Assembly (NCBI GenBank): GCA_028023455.1
Contig: JAQFVV010000007.1
Coordinates: 16,926,001 to 16,990,000, forward strand
Origin: Epiperipatus broadwayi
Lineage: Eukaryota; Animalia; Onychophora
Reading direction: 5' to 3'
DNA: 64,000 nt
Below, piece after piece: positions 13,110 through 27,817 of this stretch (position 1 is its first letter; every line of letters starts with the position of its first letter). Both the position numbers and the translations under genes were made by a program. The notes beneath the pieces were generated by a model. That model was not told the DNA's origin and ran no database searches. It saw only the letters and a list, made by a program, of their open reading frames with translations.

Positions 13110-13557
13110 GTTTTATTTAATGTATGAAATGTATTTACCAGTTCTTACTTATGGATCTGAGACTTGGACACTTAATAGAAGAGCAATACAGAGACTGCAG
13201 ACCCCTCAAAGAAGTATGGAGAGATGCATGTTAGGAGTAACAAGAAGAGATCGACAACACAATATATGGATAAGAGAACAAACAGGTGTTACTGACCTCA
13301 TTGAAAAAATTAAAAGACTGAAATGGAGTTGGGCTGGACATATTGTAGAAGAGATGATAATAGATGGACAATTGAAATTTTAAACTGGATTCCAAGAGAT
13401 TGTAAAAGACCCAGAAAGATACCATATGTGAGATGGATGGATAAAATAAGAAAGTGTGCAAGGGTGATGTGGAGAAGAAAAGCTAAAGATCGGAGAAGAT
13501 GGATTGAATTTAAAGAGACCTTCATCCTGCAGCGGATTGATAATGGTTGATGATGAT
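13110..13557 (+). mobile_element. RTE-type LINE 3' fragment (RTE-1)
   Basis: ORFs LPVLTYGSETWTLN..QRSMERCMLGV..KRLKWSWAGHI and RWTIEILNWIPRDCKRPRK..RWMD; gatgatgat tail. Confidence 0.92.
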
Positions 13558-13899
13558 AATTATGAAACCATCTATATAAAAGTTCGATATCAAAAGTTAT
13601 TTAATGTAAATTAGATTTAGAATATTAAATTTTTTAGTAAAATTTGTAGAAAATGATATGCATGTTAATACTGAATAATTACTTTGTGTGTGTGTGTGTG
13701 TTAGTAATTATAACGCCCATATTTGTATTATTGTTAATAACATATTTATTTTGAATTAATAAATTATAGTTATAAATATGTATTTTGTTCATATAAACAC
13801 TTTTTTTTTAGAGACATTTTTTTTTTTTGCTCTATCGAGATATAGTGTTGTCTGAGAACTGAATTAGATCACGTAGGAAATGAAAATACATGTACATTT

Positions 13900-14056
13900 T
13901 CTATACCAAGCTTAATGTAATTATAAGGGACTTGAACTCAGACTTTCAAATTCCCCACAGCTATCTAACCTATCTTATACAATGATACATATGACCACAT
14001 ACATGTGAAAAAGATACATGTATGTGAGAAACATACGGGTGAGTTCAAGCCCCTTA
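13900..14056. mobile_element. Family C inverted pair, internally deleted
   Basis: gggacttgaactcagactttca ... gagttcaagcccc. Confidence 0.7.
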
Positions 14057-14879
14057 AAATCACATAGGAAATATAAATGATGTTTATCGTGTAATAGAGA
14101 AGTTTGAACTCTAGCGGAATCAGTCATTTTAAGAAAGTAGGTTGTGTAATCCTCATGAAATCGGAATTATTATTTCATATGTATAATATTTAGTTTTATT
14201 TTAAAAATCTTGTTTTTTCAAATAATATGTTTTAGATGGATATATAGAACTATGTCCTTATATATTTGGTAACACTAATGTGGAAGACGAATAAATAACT
14301 CGTTCCGTAAATAGAGCATTACAATATGTAATTAAATACAAAATAAAATCAACTATCAAACAAAAATAAAATCCAATAATAAAATAAATTTGAAAAGTTG
14401 GAAAAGAATGTGGAATGAAGATAGGAAATACTTTAGTAAGTATTAAAAAATACATTTAAAAGTTTTAAGTTTTTTAAGAATGCAAAATGAAGTTAAATGA
14501 GGAAAAAGTTTGAAAGATAATGTAATGATTTTATTTTTTAAAAATAATTTAAAACATCCCAGAGCTTTGCCTGGAAATAAGAATGATCAAATTATTTATT
14601 AATAGCTAATCAATTAGCAATTCGAAGTATTTATTTATAAATAACTGCAAATTAAAAATATATTAAGATGGTATTACCTGACCTATATTTATTATTTTTA
14701 AATCTAGAATCAATATCGCATGTTGAGAAGTAGAAGCATAAATCCAAGATATTAAAGGGTTATCCGAGCTTACTAAAAGATTAAATTATTTAGTAAATTG
14801 CTCAGAATATGAGTAAAGATGCTTTTCCCATTTATTTAACTTCCGTATAAGTTTATTTGAATTAGAGTCAGTCTAAAAG

Positions 14880-14990
14880 AGGAGTAAAATTTTGTACATT
14901 TGTAATTTAGCGAAGAATCGGTTAAACAAAAGTCGAGTCTCACACGTTCATTGAGAAATCACGTGATTTCCAAGTTGCTCTTTTTGCCAA
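14880..14990 (+). promoter_or_regulatory. CpG-island promoter with palindromic E-box and TCT/5'-TOP-like start
   Basis: gaaatcacgtgatttc (14955-14970) followed by ctctttttgcc at 14978; CpG retained across 14.9-16.8 kb. Confidence 0.5.
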
Positions 14991-16413
14991 GTTTTCCGTT
15001 TATATTTTGTTATCCTTTCATTCGTTTGACCAAACATGAATGAAAGCGGCTGACAGCGGAAAGAAAAAGCACAGGTAAAGTAAATAATTTTTAATTAGCT
15101 TTTTATATATATAAATAAATTAGCTAGCTATACGATTGACTTATTTTATTTGAAATATATCTAAAAATTATTTGCCTCCTTCGCTTTTCTCGTTTTAATA
15201 AATTCTTAAGTAATTTATAACAAAATATTTTATATGCGCTAAATTAGCCCAATAACTCGTACGCACTGCAAACACACGTATCAGCAAAATAATTTTAATC
15301 ATTATACCTAAACAATAATTACTTTTGTTTAGTTTAGCATTCACTAATTTTATTGTTTTATGTTATATGCAATGTTTAATAAATAAAAATTACTTAGAAT
15401 ACATTTATATGTAATGAATATCTGCTTTTTGTATATAACAAGGTATACTTATGCAGGCGAGGTTATGTGGGTGGAAAATAAAAAGTTAATATATAAGGAT
15501 TATAAAATAATTCCCTATAGATTTTAATTATGAGTAAAAAGCAATTAAAACAATAAATAAATGTCATGGTAAATTGTATTCGACTTGTTTTAATAAATGA
15601 AAAATAAAATCAATCTAAATACTTATTTATTTATCGCAGACAATTAACTAACTACTCCGAACATAAATCAAGTGTAACATAGCGAAACAAATTGATTGGG
15701 ATGCTTATGAAGAAATCTTAAGACAAGAACAATTATTGACGCTTTTCACTAACTAAGAAGTATATATAAAACCAACAACAAGAACAATGCAGCGAATGTT
15801 TGATTAAAAAATTGATTTTTTTTGATACTTTAATATATATAAAGAATATATCTCACGCACCTGATGAAAGGTGAGTTTACATTTAAAATATTATTATTAT
15901 TATTATTTTATCGTTAGATACTCTTATTTTTGATACCGGTTATTGGCGTTCATTAGTTATGTGATTTTCCGAGACCAGAATACTCAACTAGATCAACAAA
16001 TATTTACATGTATACATAAATACAACCGTATATGTAATCTCATGGTCAGAGATTATACGTAACTGTCGAACCTCATCTCTTCCTTGCAGGCATGGCTTAA
16101 ATATTAATGAATGCTATTCGACTTCAAATAGAGACTAATTTTTTGCTCTTTATATATATTAGTTTTAGATTCGACACATTTTCTACAGAAATTGTTTCTA
16201 CCATGATTTCTGTTTGCGAATTACTTTTCATACGATATTTAATTATGACCAGATGATAATAAAATTCACGCCGTAAGATAAATATATTGCAAAACATATT
16301 ATTATTAATATATATATATATAAACATATTATTAATATAAATAAAATATAACTGCTATTCTAACGTACTTACAGGTGATGGAATCTCTCGTACACCTGAG
16401 GAAGATATTTAAG
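14978..16413 (+). ncRNA. Putative spliced non-coding transcript (exons ~14978-15074, 15640-15870, 16375-16413)
   Basis: Donor cag|gtaaag 15075; acceptor ttatcgcag| 15639; donor aag|gtgagt 15871; branch ctaac plus acceptor cttacag| 16374; weaker donor aag|gtgatt 16414; no long ORF. Confidence 0.4.
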
Positions 16414-17029
16414 GTGATTTCTGCTAGAGAGTGCTACGATTTACGCACATACATTCACGCGCGCGCATACACACATCTACAGATATATTTATTAATTCAT
16501 CATTAAGATTACAGTATTGTGCAAAATAAAGTATAATTATTTTTTACATAGTTCAAATTACAAATTACAAGGGTAATTTATGCTAAAAAGGTGGCGAATA
16601 CAGACAGACGAGCAATTAACACTGTTGTTCATAACATCCTCTTGCCTACACGCCTATTGTAGGCTACTGCATGGCAAAGACATCGCCAATAACCGAGTTT
16701 ATAAAGAAACAGCGCAGGAGAAGACAGTACTGGCAGATGTTATTTGAGCTGTATTATATCTTGTTTTACTCTCTAGCTAGGTATTAATATATGAAATTTA
16801 TATATCTAATTATCACTCAAATAAAGTGAGTCTTCCTTTGACGATCCAAGAATTTATGCAAGACAAGATTAGACAATGCTAACTATGAAAACGAAATTAA
16901 TCATTGCAAGTATAATTCAGCCGATTTCAGTAAAACTTTAGTAAATCTTTATTTACATCTACAAGAAATAAAATTCCATTCTCAGCAGTTAGTGTTATCT
17001 AAACTTGTAGACTAAGAGCCTCTTTGAGA

Positions 17030-17190
17030 TCATTACCATCATCAACCATTACCAAACTACTGCAGGATGAAGGGGCTCTCCAAGTTCAATTCATCTTCTC
17101 TGATCTTTAGCTTCTCTTCTCCACATCACCCCTGCACACTTTCTTATTTCATCCATCCATCTCACATGTGGTCTCTTTCTGGGTCTTTAC
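17030..17190 (-). mobile_element. RTE-1 LINE 3' fragment
   Basis: Same 3' end as 8031-8310 and 51441-51586 (ctgcaggatgaagg...catccatccatctcacatgtggtctctttctgggtc). Confidence 0.9.
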
Positions 17191-17627
17191 ATATATATAT
17201 GTAAGGGTGTATGTGAAAGAAGATGTAAAGATCAATTGAAGACATATGAAATCCCCTCTCACTTAAGATTTGCCCATACATATACGTTTAGGTCGAAAAA
17301 ATAGATGGATTAATTCTATCTTTTCCCAAAGACTTTATCTTGTGTTTGAAAAGATGGGAGTATTCATTTATATAATGACAACTGGAAAGCGCATGTGCAT
17401 TAGCTTATTGGCTTATTGGTGTTACAGTTTATAAAACATCGCACTATATAAAAAATAAATGTCTTGTTTAAAATTGTTATTATTATGGATCTTTACTTCA
17501 AAATATCTAGATAACCATTTATTGATTAATATTGCATAATTATTTGTTGCATATTGGGTAAAATCATTGCACCTTAATGCTTTGCTATTGTAATCATAAT
17601 ACAGTATATATATATATCATTAAAATC

Positions 17628-17800
17628 AGTCAACATTTAGACAATCCTAATATCAATCACAATCAACAATCTCAACCTGTTGTCAAGGCAACCTCCTTTT
17701 ATTAATAAAGATGGAACCCATGTTTATATGTGGTTCAATATATTTATACAGACCCTAAAGATTACAACTTGACCACCAGAGATTGAAATTATTGATACAA
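17628..17800 (-). mobile_element. Family B repeat (other copies at 23898-24032, 26345-26410, 42430-42490, 50325-50400)
   Basis: Shared cagtcaacatttagacaatcc(c)aatatcaat...caacctgttgtcaaggca. Confidence 0.8.
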
Positions 17801-17841
17801 AGAGGTTTTAAATCAAGTTCCTTAAACAGATATATATATAT

Positions 17842-19915
17842 TATACCGATCGAAATGAAAGTGAAGATCGAATCTAACCGCAAACACAAAATCTGCTCTA
17901 CAAGGGCGCCATCTAGGCATTTGAGCCTAGAAAATTTTATAGAGTAGGCAGATACGCGCTGTTAAGATTCCACTTTATTTAAATATTCAGATCGTTAGCC
18001 CAAGTCACTAGCTCAGTGGAGTAGCAGAGATAATAAAATATAAATTTTATATCTTAAATATAAAAGAATAAAAGCCACTGCCAGAAATTAACACATAAAA
18101 AAAAATATTTATTTACGCACATATAAAATCATTCTAAATTCGAGGAATAGGTTTAACATTTTTTTAGATTTTTATATTACTCTTTAATTGTACATTTACA
18201 TAAATTTCAATGAGTTTAATATTTTATTTAGATGGTCAAGTATGAATAGACTACATAGATCTGCATTTGAAAATAAAACATTCTATCCCTATTTAACCTT
18301 AGGCTAAAATTTGCAGCCAAACTGGCATCAATCCATCTGATACATTTATGTATTCAATGTAGCATGAAAATACAACAGCACAAATATACTATACTGTCAG
18401 GAATGGACATCTGAACAGTATAGTTAGAGAAAACATTGACTCTTGTCCAATACAGGAATATGATGTCTGTATAGCAAGAAGAACAATAAACTAAAAACTC
18501 CATAGGAAGGGACCGCGATCCTTTTTGCCGACTTACAATCCCATCCATAGGCAAAGGGTTGGTGCGGTGTATACAGCGATTCTGCACGTAGCGAAACTCA
18601 TACTACATCTACTAATTACACAAATATATCCAATCCATTGACCCAATTCAACAACGACACAAATAACCTAAGATTACCCTCCCCTAATATAACTTTACAA
18701 ATCTATATAGCCATTCACGCCCGAATAAAATTTAACATTTAAATACGTTCGCACAAATTAATTTTATAAAATTTGTTTTAAAATGTTGAGTACAGATCAG
18801 CTGCACAGATTCCATGGTCAAAAACATTCCAAATTAAACACAACCGATCAAAATACAAAGTCATCGATAAACGTCACTTGCATAGGGAATATACAAATCC
18901 CATTAGCATTCATCGTAAGATGCTTGCAGTGATATCGTTGACATATATTCTAATCGAATGTGAAAACCACAACATTATCAACCGCTAACGAATCTATGCA
19001 ACGTCTATACCCAACCTTAAATTTCCTCATTTAAACAATAAATATTAATACAAATAAATAATAAATGGAAATGATTTTTTTATCAAACGCAAACATATAT
19101 AAAATTGCACATTATCAATTGAGTTGACACATAAGTCAGAGAAAAGTTCTTTTTATAAAATTTAAATTAACTTATCAATCTTTAAAGTTCTTAATTAATA
19201 TTATGATTTTAACAATTGTTCAGTTCTATTGCTTACGGTAGAAGAGTCCCTGTTCCCGTTGGCAATTCCCACGGAGACTTTCCTGGAATACCGGTCTGAT
19301 ATTTTGGAGGTAGCATTAGCTGGTTCTGTTCTGGTATCACAGTCTTTCCATTTTTAAAATAAGTGAGTGAGGACGACAAATGCGTCTTGTCGCTCGACTC
19401 ACCAAAATCAAGTTGGAAAAAACTGACTGGAACTCAATATTTTTTCTTTTTATAGTCCTCCTATGGACTCCATGAACAAAAACGTCACTGTTCTGTTTTT
19501 TCGTTATGGTCCGGGCCTTTATTTGCTTCCATTGGTCAAGCTAAAATCTCTTTCTTCTCTTATCTAACTTTTCATCTGACTTTTTAATTAAACAGCTTTT
19601 AGATAATTAATAAACAATCATTTTCATTTATAGATTACAGGAATTAATTAATACCTATTTTTATTTTAACTTACGTTATTTTTTTATTAAAATATTTTTA
19701 TATTTCAATCTTGTATTTTTTTATTTAAAAAAATACGTTCAGGTACTTATTTTTTTTTTGTTTATGAAAAAAATATTTTTAAAGTTTAGCATCTGTGCGA
19801 ATGTATATACGTTTAACAAACATTTTAATTTTAGCGTTTAGTTTTTTACTTTTATTTGCGAACTTTTAAGTTTTTATTTTAAATTAATGTAACGACATAT
19901 TTATATATCGTTACA
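17842..19915 (-). mobile_element. ORF-less TG...CA element (solo-LTR-like or integrase-mobilised) with ATAT TSD
   Basis: Ends TATACCGA (left) and TCGTTACA (right), each flanked by ATAT within (TA)n; CpG-rich; minus-strand TATAAA near 19455 then TCAGTT near 19425. Confidence 0.6.
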
Positions 19916-20769
19916 ATATATATATGCTGGGTGCTGTGCTCAGGCCACAGACAGACTCCACATATTATGGATAGTGGAACTACCTGTAAATATAAAGACC
20001 AATTGTGAACAACAAATACACAGTGGCCAACCAAGAATTCCTGCTGCCTAGTGTGACTGAATGTTGTTTATCAAAGGATAAATACTGTTTCCAATACTAA
20101 TTAATAGTCATTTCTGTTTCCTTCTTTGATCACTTAAGTTATTGTAGAGCCCAGTCATTGTGAGACTCTCATGCCATTGGATACTTCCTCATATTAACTG
20201 TGACAATGAGATTGTGTGATTGTACAACATATTGATCTTCTAACTGCATACATTGTATTTGTGATTCCAATTATCTTTATATATCCATCTTAAATTCCCA
20301 AGAATTAAAAGAGCAATGATAGGGAGAGACTTAATAGGGTGGAAGTACTTAGTTATGGTCTTTTCTCAAGTCAGTACAGATACTAATGAGTCAGTTTGAA
20401 ACTGGATTTCAGGAAGAGAGAACTTCTGATTGCAAAGATTTACATTTAGGCAGCCCTTTTTAGGAATCCTTGTGCCAATCAGGCAGCAATGAAAGTACTA
20501 AAGGTAGGAATTATTTATCTTTTAAGATAAATCTCTTCAAATACATACAATTACTATTCATCTCTGTATTATGATTATAGTTCATCTTGCTATGAATATG
20601 AGAATACCATAAGTTCTCAAAAACACTAAGCCATAATTGATTTATATAAATAACAAGCTTCTATGTAATTGCACATAAGTGCACTTTTCACAGTTATTAC
20701 TTTCTGTATAGATGAATTATAAATAGCTAACTATCATTAATATAAGTATATGAAATGTATGAACTTTAT

Positions 20770-23760
20770 ATGATACAAACTCTTTAAGATTCGGATGAAT
20801 GACTGCATTGGGGGTTAAGGAATTATCAAGATTTGAGTTAGATGTAACTGTTCTTAGTGAAACTCATCTCCTAGAAGAAAATAGATAAATAGAACAGATG
20901 GCTAGATGTAAATTTTTTTGAAAAGGCAGGTCAGGTACAGATTCAAATTTTTGGGAAAGAAGAACAGCATGGTATTGGATTTAATGTAGAATTTAATTTA
21001 ATACCTACTATTGTTGAAATTTTTGTTGCATCATAAAAGGCATATCATACACTGGTATTAGTGCTTATTTTATTAGTGCCTATGCTCCAACCTTAGATTC
21101 ACAAAATTCAAATTAGAAAAGTTTTGATTCTTTGTAGGATATTACTACAAAAACAATATCTTTTAAAAATTGTTTTTTTCTTCTTGAAGACTTTATTGCA
21201 TATGTTGATATATATAGTAGACTTTGGCCAAAAGTTATTGAAAATAATGATTTTGGTGATATAAATTCAAATGATTTGTTAATTTTAAATGTTTGCACAA
21301 CATATAGATTGACCATCATAACCATTTTTGTTTTAGCAGAAAAAATATTGTAAAAGAACATGGATGCATCCATGCTCAACAAATAATAGCATTTAAAAAA
21401 AATAATGTTATAGTTATTAATCAGAATACAAAAGAAGTTTGTATTATGTGAGTATATTATCAGATAGACCATAAATGAATATAATCCAAGGCTAAAATAA
21501 TGGTTGTATCAAAAAGAAATATTATTCCATCTATATTGACAAGAACATTGATCCTCATTCTTTAGAAGAATATACTATATGTATTAAATTTTAAGGATAT
21601 TAAACAGTAAAATTATTAATTTGGATATTTGAATCTGTCATGAAGCATGGAATTTTCTTAAGGAGTATGTTATGGATACATATAAATTTAAGGGGTATGT
21701 TATAGATGCATGTAAATCCATTATGGGTTCACTGAAAAGATCATTATTGTTTTTCTGTTAATGGTCTTATTATTAGTAATGTGTGGCATTTATTCTGCTT
21801 AATAAAATAATATATTAAGTCTAAACTTCAGATTAATATAGATGAAAGTTTAGAAACTGATATAAAAAAATCCTAAAAGTGATTGATAGTAATTGGCAGA
21901 TTAAAATTGCAAACAGGATACCATTATTTGCTAGTTGTGGTCATTTTAGACCCTTTTTTATGCATTGAACACAACTTATAGATCTAAAAAATGGTAGTAC
22001 TACAATCCTATTAAATGAAGAAAGGACATTATCTTATATGAAAGAAAGCAATGATATTTTGAACAGGTGAAAATGTATTTTGATCAACTTTTGAGGAATG
22101 AGATGAATGACTTTTAATGATATATCCATTTTATCTAATCATTTAGATTTAGACAAAAATATTCAGATTAGTAAAGTCAAAACAGCTCTTTGTATGCTTA
22201 AAAATGGAAAATTAGCAGGTTCTGATAAAATACCCAGAGCAGTTTTAAAAATATTGTTATAATAAGTTAGCTTCAAAAATATTGAACTTTTTTTAAAGAA
22301 TATATAAAACAATGAAATTGTGCCCCCTGATCTTAAGATGTTTTATTGTTCCAATTTTAAAACAAGAGGGGGGGGTACACAAGATTGCTGTAATTATTAT
22401 GGAATATCATTCTTATTCACTATAATAAAGGCACTTTCAAGGACTGTATTGAATAGGTTGCTTCCAATCATACTAGAATGAAGATTCAATATGGTTTTAT
22501 AGAATCAAGAAGTGGTAAAGAAATGTTTTTTGTGGCCAGACAAATGGAAAAAAAGAGTCAGTAACAAAGGAGTGATTTATATAGTGCTTTTATTGATTTA
22601 GTCAAGGCATGTGATTCTATTAACAGGTCAGTTTTTTTAATTAGTTGGTTAATTACCAAAATTTATTCATGTTAAACAGTTTCTACATGGCGTATTGAAA
22701 GAAAGTATTTTTACTATAGGTAACCTGAGGCATTTGAAATGAAAATTGATGTTAAACAATAACATCTTCATGCTCCAATATTGTTTTCAATTTTCATGAC
22801 AGGATATTTGGAATTTTTTATAGGTAGTTTAGTCAAACAAGGATCAAAATACAATGCAGATTTGATAGTGGAACTTTTAATCTGAATTGATTAAAAGCAC
22901 AAACAAGAAATTTTTTTTGGATTCTGGAATATGGTAATGATTATGCCATTTCTGCTTGTTCAAAAGATGACTTACAGAGTGTTCATAATGTTTTTATTGC
23001 AACACATACTTTAGTTTAGTACTTAATGCTCAAAAACCCAAATTCTTTATCAGCCAATGATGAAAGAAAAATCCTCATCAACTTTTAAGTTGAATTACTA
23101 TCAACTTGAAAATGTAAATCAGTTAAATATCTTGATAATTTTATATGTTGAAGTTCAAGACAAACACAAATGCTGCTTTTATCAAGTTGAAAAGTAGAGT
23201 ATTTCACTTCAGGAAAATAACTACTGCAACTAAAATAAATACATAGCTGTTATTTTATCTAATTCATTGTGTGGAAGTAAAACTTGAGATTTTTATCAGT
23301 GCAATATAAAGACATTAGAAAAGTTTCCTTTAATGATGCTCTATAAAATATTAAAAATACAATGGTAAGATCATCAAACCAATCAATTTGTTCTTCAACC
23401 TACTGGATATGGTACTATAGAATCCTCTATCATAAAATCAGATCTTTATCAATTTGTAATTGTAAAATAAATGATCAATGCAAGACTTTGTAAAAGGGTG
23501 TTTATGGTGAACTTGAGTATGGATTTTATGGGAGAGGTAAGTCCCATCTGTTATAAATATTCTTTCAAAGTCTTTCTAAAGTAATACAATGTCAGTTGCT
23601 TTCTTTGGCAAGAGACATTGGAGAGCTATAATTAGATATAGTGGTAAAGTATTTCAGAAAAAAAAGTTTACTGGAAAAATTAAAAGGCAACATTGTAAAA
23701 TATAAAGTTACTAGAAGAGTAGCTTAGCATATTCTATATGTGGATGTTAACATGGTTCAA
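20770..23760 (+). pseudogene. Heavily decayed near-full-length RTE LINE (APE endonuclease + RT)
   Basis: Residual motifs in order: LDVTVLSETH, GIGF, ISAYAPTL, KNGKLAGSDKIP, NYYGISFL, AFIDLVKACDSINR, APILFSIF, EYGNDYA (FADD-like), LCGSKT (YGSETW-like). Confidence 0.8.
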
Positions 23761-23897
23761 AGATTAGTTTGTATTGTCATGATAAAATTCATTTTTAACA
23801 TAGTTTTCTTTCTCTCTCTTTTTTACTTTTTTATTTATTTATTCTGAAGTTAGAAAAGTTATATTCATTTTTGAGTGGCTGTTTATATATATAAAAT

Positions 23898-24032
23898 TAA
23901 AAACCAGTCAACACTTGGACAATCCCAATATCAATAACAATCAACAATTTCAAACTGTTGCCTTAACAACAGTTTGAAATTGTTGGTTGTTATTGATATT
24001 GGGATTGTCTAAATGTTGACTGGTTTTTAATG
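23898..24032. repeat. Family B fold-back pair (~60-bp arms), 3' ends outward
   Basis: aaaaaccagtcaaca...tttcaaactgttg / caacagtttgaaa...tgttgactggttttt. Confidence 0.9.
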
Positions 24033-24675
24033 ATTTCTTACAAACCCATTTAGTCTTGAGCATTATTACACTTAATATATACGCATATACAACCTATCAA
24101 ACCAATGAATTAAGAAAGAGTAATTGTAATTATATTATAAAACATTAATATTCAATCAACTCTCAAAATAAAATAAAAAACATTTTATGTCCAAAGTTCC
24201 AATCATACTCAATTGCACATTAATATAAGAATTAGATTAAGATTTTTTTATACCAGAAAATATGCCTAAGATGTATATCAAAACTAATCTTAGAATGCAA
24301 ACTTTAGTATATAATAATAAAAACAATAATAAATATTATTAATAACCATTATAAAATGCAGAAATACTTTTAGTTATTTACATGACCATTTTCAATTGGA
24401 AATCTTTTATAATGGTTATTAGTAATATTTAGCATTACTGTTAATATTTTATTGTTTCATTAGTATTATTATTATTAATCTTTAATGGATATTTGTTTTG
24501 AGTTGTACAGACTTTGATACTCAAATTTGCATATGCTTATGTGCCATAATTATGGTAAACTCCACTGAAAGTGCATTCAGCTTTAGGTTATAAAGAAGAA
24601 AGACACCACATTATGCAGTTAAACAAATGTATGTAAATTTGAATTACAAATATAAATTACTGAAAAAATCCATAT

Positions 24676-25924
<1,249 letters not shown>

Positions 25925-27817
25925 GTTTTTGTGTGTATGTATATACTCATATGCTCACAAAAGTTTATAGTTTAGTGGTTAACACATTCTTCCCTTATAT
26001 TCACAACTATAAAGCTGCAATCCAGGTAAGACTTAGAAATTATTTAAAATAAATGAAGATTACTATAAAAGTGAAATATGTTTTGTCCATATAGGAGCCC
26101 AGCGATAATGCTGTTAGTTATCTGATAAAATATCAGTAAAAGGATTGTTAATTGGGGGTTGTTGTTTTTTTGGCTAAAAAACACTAAAAATCTATCCGAT
26201 AATTAACCTTCTAAGAAATATCTTCTTTATTGTTGCATCATTGAGAGATATTAGAAAAATCTTTGCCCTAAATGGAATATTTAATGTTGACTTATCTTTA
26301 GTTTATAGATATATTACAAGTTAAAAGGAAATTGTTTTGACAATATTTTGAAATTGTTAATTGTTATTGATATTGGGATTGTTTCTGTTGACTGGTTTTA
26401 ATGATTATGTATATATATGTGTGAGTGTGCATAACTAATTAATAAATGGAATGACCATTATATACACAAAGTTAAATCTACAGCCAAGGTGTGCGCTATC
26501 CAATCAGACATGGTTCTGCAGACTAAATGAAAAGAATAGCAATCTTGTCCATGCTACCACTAATATATATATATATATATATATATTGTGTGTGCATATA
26601 TATATATATTACATGTTTATACCTTTCTGCATATTGAAATTTATCTTTTATATTGTTTTTATTTCTACTTTCAATATCATACCCATAGGTTATCTTCAGG
26701 AATAGGAATGATACATCCTATGATTAAATAAACAACTCATAATAGTGAGAACATAAAAATCATATTTTTATCATTACTTTTACAAGTATTCTCACATGTA
26801 TTTCTTATATTTATAAATAATCTTATTATTAGTGCCCCACATATAAGGGTCAAAATGTAGGATGCAAGAAGGTATAACCACAGTTAAAACATTATTGAAA
26901 TGGAAATAAACTAATAGTTTGCAAAAAGTGTGAAACTTTTTTTAATATATACTATAACAATTATTGATTATAACACTGCCTGGTGTTGTCCATCACTTAA
27001 AGGTTGTTGGCTTAATTCCTTACTTAGAAAACTAAGGAGCTACTTCCCAGGCTGGCATAACAACAGTAAAGTTTGATGATTGACAATAGTTAATAATAGT
27101 TTAATGCTTTTTTTTTGTTAAATTATTTTTTACTGATTCTGGGATGAGGAAAAAAACATAAACTCAGTTTGGTCAGTCAAATAGAACTTCTAGATTCAAT
27201 TTTTGTTTTTAAGTATTTAAAACTCACATGATATTCTCATCAAATGGCCATAAGATTACTTTATCTACTGTCACATCAATAGCAAAACATCATTTTAAAC
27301 TAATGGTATACTATATAAACATTTATCATAATTCTTACAAATGTCAGCAGTAGAAAAATAATGATTACTGACGATTAATAGCTTTCAAATGCTTTATTTC
27401 TAAGATATTAGCCCAGAATTTTTACTTAAAATCAACAAATCTATTTCTGGTTTATTACTTAACTTAAACAAGATTGTCATCAGTAAAAAGAGAAGTGGAA
27501 AATCTGATGTCTACTAGTTTTAAATGCTTTATCTCAAATATTTTAGTTGAGATTTTTTATTTAAGGTCAATTAAATTAAAAACTTTTTGTTATTAGTTGA
27601 TTGCTTTTGCTAAAAGACTTTTCATGCTAATAAGCCTAATTTCCAATGAATCATTTAATGCTCATAAATAATTATTTATTTTAAATTAATGAATACTAGA
27701 TTAGAATTCAATTACACACTTAACAATCTACTGATGAAAAAAAGACAAACCAATGTGGAAAGTAACAAGATGACAATTCATTCTATTACTAATTGATACT
27801 TAGGAATAAATAGTATA

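Noticed and set aside
15861-15880. Hammerhead at CTGATGA 15861; also CTGATGA at 27731 and 30632, and minus-strand 3713-3722
   Set aside because: No stem II plus GAAA plus NUH arrangement follows.
16375-16400. C/D snoRNA (GTGATGGA...CTGA)
   Set aside because: The boxes are only ~15 nt apart and lie in a predicted exon.
17903-17915. tRNA-Lys primer binding site (minus-strand TGGCGCCC)
   Set aside because: It lies inside the element rather than just after an LTR end; AGATGGCGC is a common motif in arthropod repeats.
18388-18425. miR-8-like sequence and small hairpin
   Set aside because: Only partial match to miR-8, the hairpin is too short, and it lies within a mobile element. No conserved miRNA was recognised elsewhere.
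20380-20420. Ribozyme (HHR or HDV-like) upstream of the decayed RTE ORF
   Set aside because: ctaatgagtcagtttgaaactgga has a hairpin but no correctly placed GAAA/NUH, and the region is too decayed to build an HDV fold by eye.
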